64,000 nt of DNA from Phoronis australis (GCA_002633005.1 NMRA01000122.1:728518-792517); one strand, 5' to 3'; positions 52,101 to 61,259 are shown, numbered from the stretch's first letter. Numbers and translations: made by a program. Notes: generated by a model not told the origin, from the letters alone.

Positions 52101-54141
52101 ATTCAGATCCGAAAGGTGAGATGCAATCAAGCTCGGGAGGAGCCCGAGAATTGCATGGGGCTAAACTGTTGGCAACCAAGTTCGGGAGGAGCCCGAAAGC
52201 TGCACAAACAGTTGCAATTTGGAGTGAGTGAAGGTGTGTTTGCTTCTTGAACTCTGCGACTGGACCCCTCGTGTCTGACAGAGACAAAGCTTAAGTACAC
52301 AATTTCAACCAATCAGACACGATCTGAAGGGCAAGGCCCATAGCTCCTAGCTCTGACCATATTTGGCCATGTCCAAAGGACTCAACATCATAGGAAAATT
52401 CCATACGTAATACACAGCTTGACCACTAGAGGGCGCATATATCTTACTTACATAATCATGTTCAGGGCACTCCTGTTACACGTGAAATCACGCATGTTGA
52501 CAAATAAAAAGTCCAAGGGACATAAATCTAACCTGATATCTTCCCATGCTATTTTGCAAGTGTCACGCACCAGCGTCACGCACCTCGCTCAGTCTCGCGC
52601 TAGCCTTTGCTTAACTCACGTGACTCAATTGAAATATTTTGTGGTTATCGCACGCACTGTAAAAAAGTTAACAGTTACCAAAAAGTGGAGAAGGAATTCT
52701 TCGCCAAAAGTCACCTTAATTGTCGTAGCTATGCTTGATCGAAGATTTGTAGAAGTAGAAAGAACCACTGAAGAAAGTAAGCGCTTATTTAAGCGAAAGT
52801 TTTAAGTGTATAATGTATTTTTGACGAGGTGAAAACTTAATCGGTGAGTGGATTTCGCCTACTGCCCATTTAAAATACAAGACAAAATTAACGCAGAATG
52901 CGATGGGAAGTACTGTAGCCCCTATCGGCTAACCGAGGGGCTATGTGTTACCTATAGTATAGTGTGTTTACCCACAGACGTCTGTGTGTTTACCTGCATT
53001 ATTCTAAAGCTGTATATCTATACAGATTTTAGCCTTGGTACAAAGCTACAATATACATCTTTGCGCCGATGTAGGTAAAAAAGTGGTAAGATAAAATCTG
53101 ACACAAAATTAGTGTCATTAAAAACTAGTCTTCCTTGAGTAAACTAAATTATTTAATGGTGTTGGAAAAAATGGCGTTCTATCGTTATTCTGCTGCTAAA
53201 GTTGTGGAGCAATCTTCTGTGCCGGTTTTCGGCGCCATGAAATATTGTGTCACCTATTGGCCAGTTTCTTTTTTTGCCAATTCTTCATCAACTGTTGTTC
53301 TTTCACGAGGTTGCATATATGTCACAACAAATTATTGGAACTGGTTTCACTTCATTATAAGTTTTGGAATTTTGATACTGAAAAACCGAATGTCAGAACA
53401 AACTTTGCTGCTGCGAAGTTGTCGCAAAAATTTAGGAAATGGCGCGTGCGCATGACATGAGCGTACTGTTTTCAAAACGACAACATACTTTTCATTCTTA
53501 CAAAAGGTCGAGAATGGCCCAAGAAAATGACGTTTATGCATTGTTTTTCACTGAAACGGTTGTAATGGGCAAGGTGAGTGTCGGTTGACTCCCAGCATGC
53601 ACCCCGTCCGGTCTTTCGCTCCACATGTTGATACAGGTTTCATGGTGAATTGACGAGCAGAACTACCCTGGCTGTGAGCAATTTCGGGGTCTATGGAAGA
53701 AAAACGCACAGTGGTGCATAGCTGTATTTGTCTTCAGCTAGCTGGCTGGGTATACAGGTTGTGCCAAGGCTAATCAAGGACAACCTAAGACTTACAGGCA
53801 TGTTGTGTCATTTTAAAATTGTTCCAATACCTGTACTGCCTCTTGTCATTGGGAGATTGAATGACCCGAAGCTGCTGATCACTGTCCACTCCACAAGCGC
53901 CAAAGCCAGCAGCTTCGTCGCCGGTAACAGCTGTGACTGTGCCTCCGCGAGTCGGTCGAGACGTCATTTCTTCAGTATAGTCAGGATTTAAAGATTTGTT
54001 TAACGCAGAGCATAAACGGGGTTTTTTGGAACATGGAGAAATACTTTTGTCACACATAAAACGGGATTTTTTGTAAACGCCTGGTAAAACTACACGAGAA
54101 AAAAGTTGCACGAATTTAGAAATAAACCGGAAGTTGGACAT
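25015..54141 (-). CDS. NRDC: Nardilysin (N-arginine dibasic convertase), M16 insulinase-family zinc metalloendopeptidase; 27 coding exons, about 1130 aa
   Basis: Spliced translation gives SPNDKRQYR-VITLRNGLRGLLVSD, then the long Glu/Asp insertion that separates nardilysin from IDE, the inverted zinc motif GLAHFLEHMVFMGSEKYPEEN, ALDRFAQFFIGPL, KPLHYISWLVGHEGKGS, EPWFGT and FNYLRTQEQLGY. Exons sum to 3393 nt in one open frame, all GT-AG. Start is ATG 54141, or downstream ATG 53967. Confidence 0.95.
25276..26346 (+). mobile_element. Helentron-associated interspersed element (HINE/pearl-like) with internal satellite array
   Basis: Begins ACAAGAGCAACGCAGAGCGTTGAAATGCG; ~140-200 bp monomers with GCCACTAG motif; (CGGA)n microsatellite; terminal hairpin ATGCGTCCACATAT-AA-ATATGTGGGTGCAT. 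Confidence 0.75.
25914..26946. repeat. 516-bp direct duplication around single N at 26430 (probable assembly overlap)
   Basis: 25914-26429 equals 26431-26946 apart from a C/T difference I could see (ATGCGTCCA vs ATGCGTCTA). Confidence 0.85.
27189..27389 (+). mobile_element. tRNA-derived SINE, family B
   Basis: GTGTGGCCTAGTG...GGGTTCGAGTC head; body CCAGGTGATCAGTGCA; tail GCCTGCAATTATTTTTT. Confidence 0.75.
27767..27859 (-). CDS. NRDC: NRDC exon 26
   Basis: ISELSKLTLEEVLTWFNQLMIVDDKKKLSIQ. Confidence 0.9.
28954..29193 (+). mobile_element. tRNA-derived SINE, family B
   Basis: GGCAGTGTGGCCTGGTTGGATAAG head; same body and tail as the 27189 copy. Confidence 0.75.
29439..29646 (-). CDS. NRDC: NRDC exon 25
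   Basis: TAFVDSKIRDFL...LITLKRCEDMYLGEEASRHWSEIRKQRYLFHRLDLE. Confidence 0.92.
29867..30003 (-). CDS. NRDC: NRDC exon 24
   Basis: VMMEEPCFNYLRTQEQLGYTVYS...QMQATKF. Confidence 0.93.
30546..30689 (-). CDS. NRDC: NRDC exon 23
   Basis: TRVINLPKVESSLKVRSFNQTDPNSSVINYYQHGPGDLRDAAVNELLE. Confidence 0.91.
31181..31252 (-). CDS. NRDC: NRDC exon 22
   Basis: EAISIHSDVVAKLNNELCRDQVTQ; phase 0-0, follows GNYTAE as expected. Confidence 0.83.
31632..31791 (-). CDS. NRDC: NRDC exon 21
   Basis: EARFSVSLEV...CYVEGFIHGNYTAE. Confidence 0.9.
32142..32269 (-). CDS. NRDC: NRDC exon 20
   Basis: KLFETIVNHIVDFTIDEDMFMIVKQQLIRSYFNRMIKADHLS. Confidence 0.9.
33096..33162 (-). CDS. NRDC: NRDC exon 19
   Basis: YELLLYPDGLDIRLNGFNHKLQ. 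Confidence 0.9.
33705..33922 (-). mobile_element. tRNA-derived SINE, family B (partly re-duplicated at 34095-34267)
   Basis: Reverse complement of the same head, body and tail. Confidence 0.75.
33750..34440. repeat. ~345-bp direct duplication around single N at 34094 (probable haplotype/assembly overlap)
   Basis: 33750-34093 vs 34095-34440 differ by about 5 substitutions and a 2-nt A-run indel. Confidence 0.85.
34578..34661 (-). CDS. NRDC: NRDC exon 18
   Basis: QAMFELFERLLTHNLSEVAYAADVAQL. Confidence 0.9.
35155..36449 (+). mobile_element. HINE/pearl-like element, second copy
   Basis: Same 5' head, ~150-bp monomer array, GGAC repeats and terminal hairpin at 36415-36444. Confidence 0.8.
36947..36998 (-). 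CDS. NRDC: NRDC exon 17
   Basis: AYLYFILKSPLVKKTAE|gtgag. Confidence 0.87.
37340..38140 (+). mobile_element. Old degenerate copy of the HINE family
   Basis: Diverged monomers (ATTGCCACTAGGAGGCAC, TTCCACTAAGGG) and decayed terminus TGGACGCCAGACACCCAGACAGATG...GAGCGCATAAT; 5'-head fragment also near 43780-43835. Confidence 0.6.
38299..38374 (-). CDS. NRDC: NRDC exon 16
   Basis: APVKLVDCETNRLWFKADTKFKVPK. Confidence 0.9.
38695..38990. repeat. Unclassified interspersed repeat, homologous to 53073-53350
   Basis: Shared TAAAAT.TGACACAAAATTA.TGTCAT...TGAGTAAACTAAATTATTTA...CGTTATTCTGC.GCTAAA.TTGTG; weaker copy near 10090-10150. Confidence 0.65.
39120..39232 (-). CDS. NRDC: NRDC exon 15
   Basis: DLPPCDHFHLPETNEYIATDFTLKLYTMPDSPEGVSVT|gtaag. 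Confidence 0.88.
40600..40738. repeat. 20-bp tandem array of palindromic TGCGT-N5-ACGCA units (~7 copies)
   Basis: TGCGTGATGTGACGCATTTT, TGCGTGACATGACGCACATT, TGCGTGATGTTACGCATCTT and similar. Confidence 0.85.
40982..41014 (-). CDS. NRDC: NRDC exon 14 (33-nt microexon)
   Basis: ttcag|AT ATA GAG CCA AAA TGG TTG GAA TCT TGG AAA G|gtacg = DIEPKWLESWK; fills the expected gap between EPWFGT and HLPETN. Confidence 0.82.
42413..42542 (-). CDS. NRDC: NRDC exon 13
   Basis: VISFCQDQLSPERANIMLLSTSF...EPWFGTKYTVC. Confidence 0.9.
43547..43651 (-). CDS. NRDC: NRDC exon 12
   Basis: SSASDYVQKLCENMQLYPPQHYLMGDELLLDYDPK. Confidence 0.91.
44342..44455 (-). CDS. NRDC: NRDC exon 11
   Basis: VLTAMFQYLDMLRRTGPCERVFKEIQTIEDNEFRWKEQ. 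Confidence 0.92.
44748..44868 (-). CDS. NRDC: NRDC exon 10
   Basis: YWALSISSGNGEQGFEYNQTCSFFTVTVKLSDKGFQRVYE. Confidence 0.91.
45115..45252. repeat. 46-bp tandem triplication spanning the NRDC exon 9 donor
   Basis: GTGTCTTCAAAATGGACTTACCTAGACTTGAGGTAGGACAACAGAG starts at 45115, 45161 and 45207. Confidence 0.93.
45228..45305 (-). CDS. NRDC: NRDC exon 9
   Basis: SKPLHYISWLVGHEGKGSLLSYLKSR|gtaagt. Confidence 0.92.
45764..45907 (-). CDS. NRDC: NRDC exon 8
   Basis: GKEQQTFHHLSKPF...KLYKVVPIKDLHEVEVTWVLPAVHSHYR. Confidence 0.92.
46528..46708 (-). CDS. NRDC: NRDC exon 7
   Basis: GNTLSLKKQP...YSSHYMTVVVIAKETLDDLQNWVTEIFADVPH. Confidence 0.92.
46855..46985 (+). mobile_element. Penelope-like element remnant (GIY-YIG endonuclease C-terminus)
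   Basis: HTMDEDNVKVVDSTQKWFKRGVRASIHITIKISNLNRDVEHY resembles the H..D..NVKILD.E..WF.RGVKEAI.I....LNRD.G.Y pattern. Confidence 0.7.
47582..47890. mobile_element. Penelope-like fold-back (inverted pLTR) remnant
   Basis: Long imperfect inverted repeat; centre encodes LNGRGGLRFNLSHTWDRIL, the GIY-YIG tail motif. Confidence 0.65.
47970..48065 (-). CDS. NRDC: NRDC exon 6
   Basis: EFMMSKVSDTCRKQQLFGAMAEDGHPMSKFFW. Confidence 0.92.
48556..48682 (-). CDS. NRDC: NRDC exon 5
   Basis: TVFYFEIDRIHFREALDRFAQFFIGPLMKKDSVDREIQAVDS. Confidence 0.93.
49197..49297 (-). CDS. NRDC: NRDC exon 4
   Basis: MVFMGSEKYPEENSFDAFINKHGGTDNAYTDCER. Confidence 0.93.
49618..49699 (-). CDS. NRDC: NRDC exon 3 (HXXEH zinc motif)
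   Basis: AAAGLCIGSGSFSDPDDIPGLAHFLEH|gtaag. Confidence 0.94.
49989..50008. repeat. (TG)10 microsatellite
   Basis: Directly visible. Confidence 0.9.
50140..50442. mobile_element. Truncated copy (right end) of the 6946-8409 element
   Basis: Shared GGAAGTTTGAAGTGTATAGTCAC...GGGCGCTTATTTTAGCAAAGTCTGAAAACGCGTGGG...GAATACGGTA. Confidence 0.75.
51004..51256 (-). CDS. NRDC: NRDC exon 2 (acidic domain)
   Basis: VITLRNGLRGLLVSDL...EDEEEEDDEEEGEEDEDYE...RKKRGRKHKESEKL|gtaag. Confidence 0.92.
53073..53350. repeat. Unclassified interspersed repeat, homologous to 38695-38990
   Basis: Same shared blocks, same orientation. Confidence 0.65.
53831..54141 (-). CDS. NRDC: NRDC coding exon 1
   Basis: MSNFRFISKFVQLFSR...MTSRPTRGG...VIQSPNDKRQYR|gtatt; alternative start at 53967. 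Confidence 0.8.
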
Positions 54142-54758
54142 TAGAGCAAGGCCGCTTTCAAATAAATAAAGTTAATAGTTGAAAATGCCTTTCATTTGCA
54201 AATATGACTAATTAGTTCAGTAGGAATTCATGAAATATTAATAATTGTTTTTCATTTTGTTATATAGTTTTGACTTTTAATGAATAATTTCAGACCATGT
54301 TTGTTTTTAATTAGCTGGTGGAATATCTAAAATGGTTTCTTTCCCTGTCGGTGCCACGTCAGGAAAGGTTGGTTGCTAAATTTGTCGCAAAGTGTGCATT
54401 TTTCTTATCAAAAACGTCTTGTTGTTGACTCAAAGCATCCATGTTCTTTTTTAACTAATTTTCTCGTGACACTGCCATTAGTAGGATTTAGAGAACCAGG
54501 CAATCACTGAATAATTGAAGGTTCAACGATGGCAATGTTATTCAGCCTTTTCAGGTTCAGTGAACACTCGGTCGGTCCACAGAGCCTTACTAGTTGACTG
54601 ATTGACAGTGAATAAATCTCGGTACTGGAAGACGTTTTCAACAGTAAGGTCCCGAGCTTACTCGTGAAATACTCACCCTTCTGTCGTGTGATTTTGTATG
54701 GTCTTGACTTATCTAGATATTTTGTGAATTTTTCCTGACAAGTTTCATACCACTTACC

Positions 54759-54868
54759 CGTTCAGTAACGCTAGGACCTCGCGAGACTACGTGAGACATT
54801 GCCGTGTATTTTAAATGAGAGCACATGAATTTGGCTAGATTTTAGCTAGGTCCTAGCATTACTGAACG
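54759..54868. mobile_element. Small fold-back MITE-like element
   Basis: CGTTCAGTAACGCTAGGACCTCGC is inverted as GCTAGGTCCTAGCATTACTGAACG. Confidence 0.55.
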
Positions 54869-56328
54869 CACACCAGGTAACTGTAGTGTTGCTTCAATGA
54901 TCAGGCGTACTCTAACCAGTCGACCAAAAAGCAATTGCCCACATGCGAGTGATTAAAAAAAGCCTTTTATATTACTGCACTCACTGCAGATTCACCACAC
55001 ACTTCCCAATCCAATGATTAGGGGTTCGTGCCAACCCAAAGTCAGCATCAGATCTACCCCTCTACATCCACCTCGATCCCCCTCGGCCATAGCACCATAC
55101 ACAACCACTATCAGCCATCATCATGGCACTATCAAACTCAGGCAGATGTGTGGTACCTCTCTGCTGTCAGGAGTAAGTATGATAGGCCAGAGCTCTTCCT
55201 TTAAGTTACTACTAGTACACTCACTGCTGATTCACCACATGTTGTCTACTAGTAAGGACTGACACCCTGGGTAAACTGAATTTCTAATTTATAACTTAAA
55301 ACAGCATTAAACCCATGTTTTATTGTGAAAATACAAATTTTAGTTTAGGATACTTATTGTTCCTTGTACTCAGTTTAGAAGTAATCCCTGAGCTCAGGAA
55401 GAAGTGACTGTAATTGCGATTTTGCCGTGCGCGTCTCGTTATCGAGCCCGGTCAGGATTTGTGAAGTAAAACAAATGGAAGACTTTGAACTGCATTTCAA
55501 TGTGGAGTTTTTTGTCTGATTGTTGCTTTACTAGAGATGTAGGATGTCATGAGGGGAGCCTGCCATAAATATATAAGGCAAGATGCTTGCAACATTCCTA
55601 ATATGGCAGGTCAGTGCCGGTGGCAGTTTTTGGATCATGCCCAGAGGGTAAGGGGTGGTCCTCTAGTTCCCTTCTAAATCTGGCTTTGATATTGCTTAAT
55701 GGTCAAAGATTTTCAGCGTGTTTACAGTGTAAATGCATTTATTTTACTGGTACTCTATAGAGTCCTGGCCTGTTCTGTGCTTAGCTATGAATAACATGTC
55801 ACGAAATCCTTGACAGCAACGACATGACTTTTTAATGTTAAACATCTAGTCTCGTTGTGCTTGACGTCGTCCTTGTCATGTGACCTAGTTATGATATGAC
55901 CATATGTGATGGCAGAGACATCTACTCTATGCATAAGCAGCACCAGAATCTCTAGTGATCATTCATATTATACATTTCTGTGTCAAGTTTTCATGTTTTG
56001 ATTTTATTTTGCCATCTTCACAAAAATCGGGTGGTAAAGTTAACACTTGTAGTATTTCTTTCTGTGATTATACTGAGATGTAATGCAGCTATCTGTTGAC
56101 TTTTGAACAGCTTCACTGATATTTTATCTTGATAGCTATAAAAATTCATGGGAAATATTATTTGCATATTTAATGCAAGTCCATTGATGGTTTTCATTGC
56201 AGGATGCCTTACCCGACATCAAGATGATTTGACACAAATACCCGGTCCGTTAGTGCATGCTGATATTTGGTTGGTAGAACTATTGATAAGAGACACCTAG
56301 TGGTCTACAGAACAAAGTAGAGAGCACA

Positions 56329-56505
56329 ATGATACAAAGGACTTCGCACACTGTGGCCTTGGCTTCTGCTGCTAACTTCATTAATTCTGCTGATCGAGTC
56401 ATAATGCCAATAGCTATAATACAGATGTCCAAGGAGTTTGGATGGAATTTACATGGACAAGGATGGGTCTTGAGTTCATTTGCCATTGGTTATATGGCGA
56501 GTGGG
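56329..56505 (+). CDS. SLC17-like transporter coding exon 1
   Basis: MIQRTSHTVALASAANFINSADRVIMPIAII...FAIGYMASG|gtaat; in-frame TAA upstream of the ATG. Confidence 0.82.
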
Positions 56506-59500
56506 GTAATTTGTTTTCCTGCTATTTTGTATTGAGACACTTGGTGCTTTATTCTTGTAAGCTTGGGGTAAACAGAAAATCAGATTTACTTAAAATGTTA
56601 TTTGATTTTGATTTTAGAAAAATCTTGATTGTTTACAAAAAATATTTTGGAACACAGTTTCTTTCAAATGCATTGAATACATACATTTTTAAAAAAACAT
56701 TGTTTTTGTCATTTATCTGCAAATAGGTGTACAGTAAAATTTAACCTATTTTAGACAAAAATAATTTCCAAATTGCTCTTTTTTTCATTTTCAAGGGCTT
56801 TTTACATTGTTATGAATGTCAAATTTTTTTCAAAATGTGTTGTGTTATGACTTTCTCGCAACTGAGGCAACTTAAGACTTAGTTTACCTTTTCAATATCC
56901 TTCCTGAGTAAGTGAATGTTTCGTAGACTCATATCTGTAAATATGACACACTGCCTTTGTCAAAATCAACGTCATGGAGCGCTTGAAGGTCAGTTCACTA
57001 ATGAATGTCACTTGAGGCAAAAAATCATTGTACACAGACAGATTCAATAAAGTGTCGTCTGTGTGTTGCTCTACTGCAGGCTCCCACATTTCAACAGTCA
57101 AACGTAGAATGATGTCCAATGAAGTTCAGTGACTGTCATCCTATTGCTCACTTGAAAGTTCACGTACAAACTTACGAAATATTAGCAAAATTATTCATTG
57201 TTGTTAATGCAGTCTTGCACAATGTCTCAAGACAGTCTGATTGAATGCCCGCCAATCCGACGGGAAGTTGTTGAGACATACACAATGTCACGTTTCCTGC
57301 TTTTGTAGGTACTTGGTGCTAGCGCTGCAAAGAAATATGGTGGAAAGAACACACTGACGTTAGCCGTCTTCATTTGGTCATTGTCAACATTACTCACACC
57401 AGTATTCGCTCATTCAATAGCGACAGTGTATATATCGAGGATTTTGCTGGGAATAGGGGAAGGACTCGGTAATGTATTCCATTAGTGCATTGATTTGTAT
57501 TTGTCTTGTGCAATTGAACTTGCAACAAATCTGTTACATATTAGGCGCTTACTAGTATTGTTGTTGCGTGTGAAGCTCATTGACAAATTTGTGATGGGAA
57601 TCACGGTTTGTTTTTGCCAAACAGGGAACCCTCTAATAAAGATGAAGCATTGTAAGTTGTGCTTGTATGTGCAAAAATAAAATACTTCCGGTCTCTGAGA
57701 AGAAACTGACAAAAAGTCCAGGCATTCCTTACATAAAATACTTGAATATCTAAGTTTGAGAATTCCATTTTTCTACCAAGATGTCATAAATACAACTATG
57801 TTGCTTTGAAAGGCAACTGTGACTATGATGGGGATTTTTGACACCAGAGTATGTTTTGTATAGTCACTACGTAGCTTTGTTGTGTACTGAGAATGTTGAA
57901 GATCGTTTGGTGGAAAAATGAAATTCAACACTCCAATTCTTGTTCACTGTATTGATAGATGTATTTAGAGACACTCAGTGAAGTCTGTTACTGAAGAAGT
58001 GCTGAGACATCGCTTTTCTAATGGTAATATTTTCAAGTTTTTAATCATGCAGTAATGTTAAACTGTTTTCATACGTTTCAGGTTTACCTACCATTTTTCA
58101 CATATTCGCTCATACAATACCGTTAGAAGAGAGGTCGCGAGCATTCGGCTACTTGGTATCGTTAGGTTCAATTGGGCAGACAGTCTCTGCTTTGGTAAGT
58201 CATCTTGCTTCAGCTACATTCTGGGTTCTGATACTGACATTTTTTGAAATATCATGCTTAAAGCTTGTTGGTGTGATTTAAACTTTATTTTATTAGCTAC
58301 CTAATGCATTGAGTGATAATGATGGGAAGTCGTGATTATAGAATTGATTATTGAAGTTTTCTTTGTTTACAATTTGCATGGACGCTTGACAATTTGTTGC
58401 TGGATTATTCTAACCCTTTTATGAAGGCATCTTGTGATGTCATGAAATGTGAACATCAACATGCTCATTACAGGCTAGAGTAATTCAATGGATTACCCTG
58501 TTACAATCTCTATAACCTCCAGAATTTCAGATATAATAAGAACCATGTAAATGACATCTGTTTATAGCATTGCCTTTTTGTCAGAGTTCAAGAAATGTGA
58601 GTCTGATGAGACGATCTCGGTCACGTATTCAGACAGCATAAAGGAACATTATCTAATGGCCAAAAAACACAATTTTGGGGATTACTGTTATGTGGGATAG
58701 ACCTTTTGAAGTTATTAGCTTTGGCCAGAGCTGTAAGAACAACAAAACCCTTTGTGTTTTGTGAGTTTATTAGAAATCGCCATATCTTATGAAAGTCAGT
58801 CGGTGGCTTTACCAGTTAAATGCACTTAAAATTCTCTGACATTTGTTGAGTAAAGCATTTAACTGTGATCGTAAAAATTCCAGTTTTAAATCCACACAGG
58901 GACTGATCTCCGAAAACCACTGTTCTTGCTGATAATGTTGCTTTATTGAAACCAGTCTCTTTATTAGTGATTTCACCCTGTAAATGATTGTATGGCTCTT
59001 GCTAATTGACTTTAAATCAATTCTCTCTAGCTTTGCCCTCACTTGCCGTGGAGGTGGTGTTTTTATCTATTCGGCTCCTTGGGTTTCTTCTGGGTCTTTG
59101 TGTGGACTGTCATGTATAAAGAAAAACGAAACACAACAGATGAAGAGGAAGCCTTTGTAGAGCCCCCAAAAGTAAGTAAATGAGGTCATTGTAGGAGTCT
59201 TGCTTATGAATGAATTAATGAGCCTGGATAGTAGCAAGTTTTACCAATGTTCTGAGCCATATATATTGAGCACATCAGGATTACCAACTTCAAACCAGAA
59301 TAAACTGATATTGCGGTGGCAAATTTAGTTAGAAACAGATCAGTGAACTCCACAAGGTACATGTTGTCATTGTACCAAATTGGGAAATCATCTTGCCCTT
59401 TAGAAACCTACCAAAATGCATTGCACACATAACAATTAGCAGGGCTTGGAATGACCAATGACAGAAAACGCGGAAACTTTTACGGCCCAAATCATGCGCG

Positions 59501-60687
59501 CTATGCAGCCTTGAAATGGTCGATGTGAACCGTTCCCCGACAAAAATCGGGAGGACTAAAAAAAAACAAAAGAAAAAACGTTACCACCATCAGTAGCATG
59601 CGTCTGCGTCCTTTTAGCTCATCGGTCCACTCCCAACCCACACATTTTTGGCTGCAAAGCCGTAGTATTTGTCGCCGCTGTTTACAATAAGACGAGACGC
59701 CATTGAAAATCCCACCACGCTATCCCAGATGCCCCGGCAATGTTGACAATTTACCTTCCTCCGAAACATAAAGAGCAACTTCCGCTTTTCGAAGGGAACG
59801 TCGTCTGCAAGGCCGCGGTAAGAAAGGAATTTGCCGCGGAAATTTTAGATCAAATCCGATTTTTTTACGCGGAAATATAATAAAATGCGCGGACGGAACA
59901 TTTGAAAAAAGCGGAAATCCGCGTTTCCGCGGAAAATTCCAAGCCCTGAATTAGGTTTTAAAGATGACACTATGTATGGCTTTGATAATTTTCCTTTCAA
60001 ATGTAAACCCACCTTCCAGATGACAAAAACAACTTTGGATTTAGACCTCTTATCGCAATGAGATTGGTCTCAAATAGTTTGGTAGTGAAATTGCACGTCA
60101 TTTCAAGACAGTCTTTGTTGCTAGATACCTGCTTCTACAAATTGGCTTGTCATTTTATGGACCGAGCATTGTCTTGACAAATAACTAATTATCAGTTCTT
60201 TTCTCATCTGAGATCAATTCTGTAACAGTAAATGGTCTAAATTAAGTTTTCTTCTTGGACGGAGCGTGGATTTATACGTACTATAGGCAGTCAAGTTATG
60301 GAAATCACAAATTTTAAATAACTATGTGTAATTAGGTACGCCAACATACGACATGTAAGAACAAATAATGGTTGTCAGAGATGGTGATGCACATGGCTTA
60401 ATAGAAGGTTATGCACTGTATTGTAATCCTAAATATTGTCAGTTGATACACTCTAGTTTGACAGTTGCACTCTCTGTTGCAGATTCCTAACACTAGCGTA
60501 CTATGGTCAGCCTTCCTGAGCCACTGGCCACTGTGGTCAATGTACATAGCCCACTTCTCTATGAACTGGTCGAATTACATAGTGATGAACTGGCTACCCA
60601 CCTATATGGCCAAGAGTCTGGGTGCTACCAAGAGAGATATTATGTTCACTGCTGTACCTTATATTATGAATTCAGTTATGGGTGTAG
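56329..60687 (+). CDS. SLC17/ACS-family MFS anion transporter (SLC17A9-like or PHT4-like); first 5 coding exons, 3'-partial
   Basis: Spliced protein: FINSADRVIMPIAIIQMSKEFGWN..QGWVLSSFAIGY, KKYGGK, SRILLGIGEGLGLP, IPLEERSRAFG, WRWCFYLFGSLGFFW, HFSMNWSNYIVMNWLPTY, AVPY. These are typical anion:cation symporter motifs. The remaining exons are not seen before 64000. Confidence 0.9.
57309..57468 (+). CDS. SLC17-like transporter exon 2
   Basis: VLGASAAKKYGGKNTLTLAVFIWSLSTLLTP...SRILLGIGEGL. Confidence 0.9.
58082..58194 (+). CDS. SLC17-like transporter exon 3
   Basis: GLPTIFHIFAHTIPLEERSRAFGYLVSLGSIGQTVSAL. Confidence 0.9.
59031..59171 (+). CDS. SLC17-like transporter exon 4
   Basis: LCPHLPWRWCFYLFGSLGFFWVFVWTVMYKEK...EPPK. 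Confidence 0.9.
59440..59948. mobile_element. hAT-like MITE with 6-bp TSD
   Basis: Perfect 13-bp TIRs CAGGGCTTGGAAT / ATTCCAAGCCCTG; AATTAG on both flanks; subterminal CGCGGAA repeats. Confidence 0.85.
60483..60687 (+). CDS. SLC17-like transporter exon 5
   Basis: IPNTSVLWSAFLSHWPLWSMYIAHFSMNWSNYIVMNWLPTY...AVPYIMNSVMGV. Confidence 0.9.
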
Positions 60688-61259
60688 GTAAGTGCTCCAT
60701 TCTGACTGCAGCCGGTTATGGGATTGAGTTCACTAGTATGAATTTTGTTTGTTAGCTCTTGGTGTGAAGGAAATATGGTTGAGCAACTGAAAACAAACAT
60801 TTGGTCGTCCAAACAGGAATTATAGCGCAGTATGATATCGCCCAGCTTGGTTGGTTTGAGGTAACAGTAGCAGATAAACCTTAACAAAATGGAATACACA
60901 CAATGAATTACGAGACTATTTCTAAAGTCCGAGTATTGCTATAACAGAGTCATAAAAAGTGTTTTGACTATTCATTATATAGAAAAATGTTTAACCTGAG
61001 GCCAAATACTATTTTTACAGACGTTTCATAGAGGATTTGGACAGTCTCTCCATTACAGGCTTTCAAGCAGTTTTAGGCAAAAAAGTAGGAAAAAAATAGG
61101 ACACGTTTTCAAAAAAGTAGGAAAACGTAGGAACTGTGGAGTGAAAAGTATGAAAAAGTAAGAACAAGAGCAGGCGTTCAGGAGTAGTTTTAAACAATAT
61201 TTACCAAATGAATGACGTTTGCCTCATAAAAGAGGCTGTAATCACCATTAGTTGGAGAG

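Noticed and set aside
52129-52200. Two 49-bp-spaced TCGGG-AGGAG-CCCGA hairpins
   Set aside because: Real local duplication but only two short copies; probably internal to an unclassified repeat and no function can be supported
58600-58640. CTGATGAGAC...GTC hammerhead-like start
   Set aside because: The required GAAA after stem II is absent
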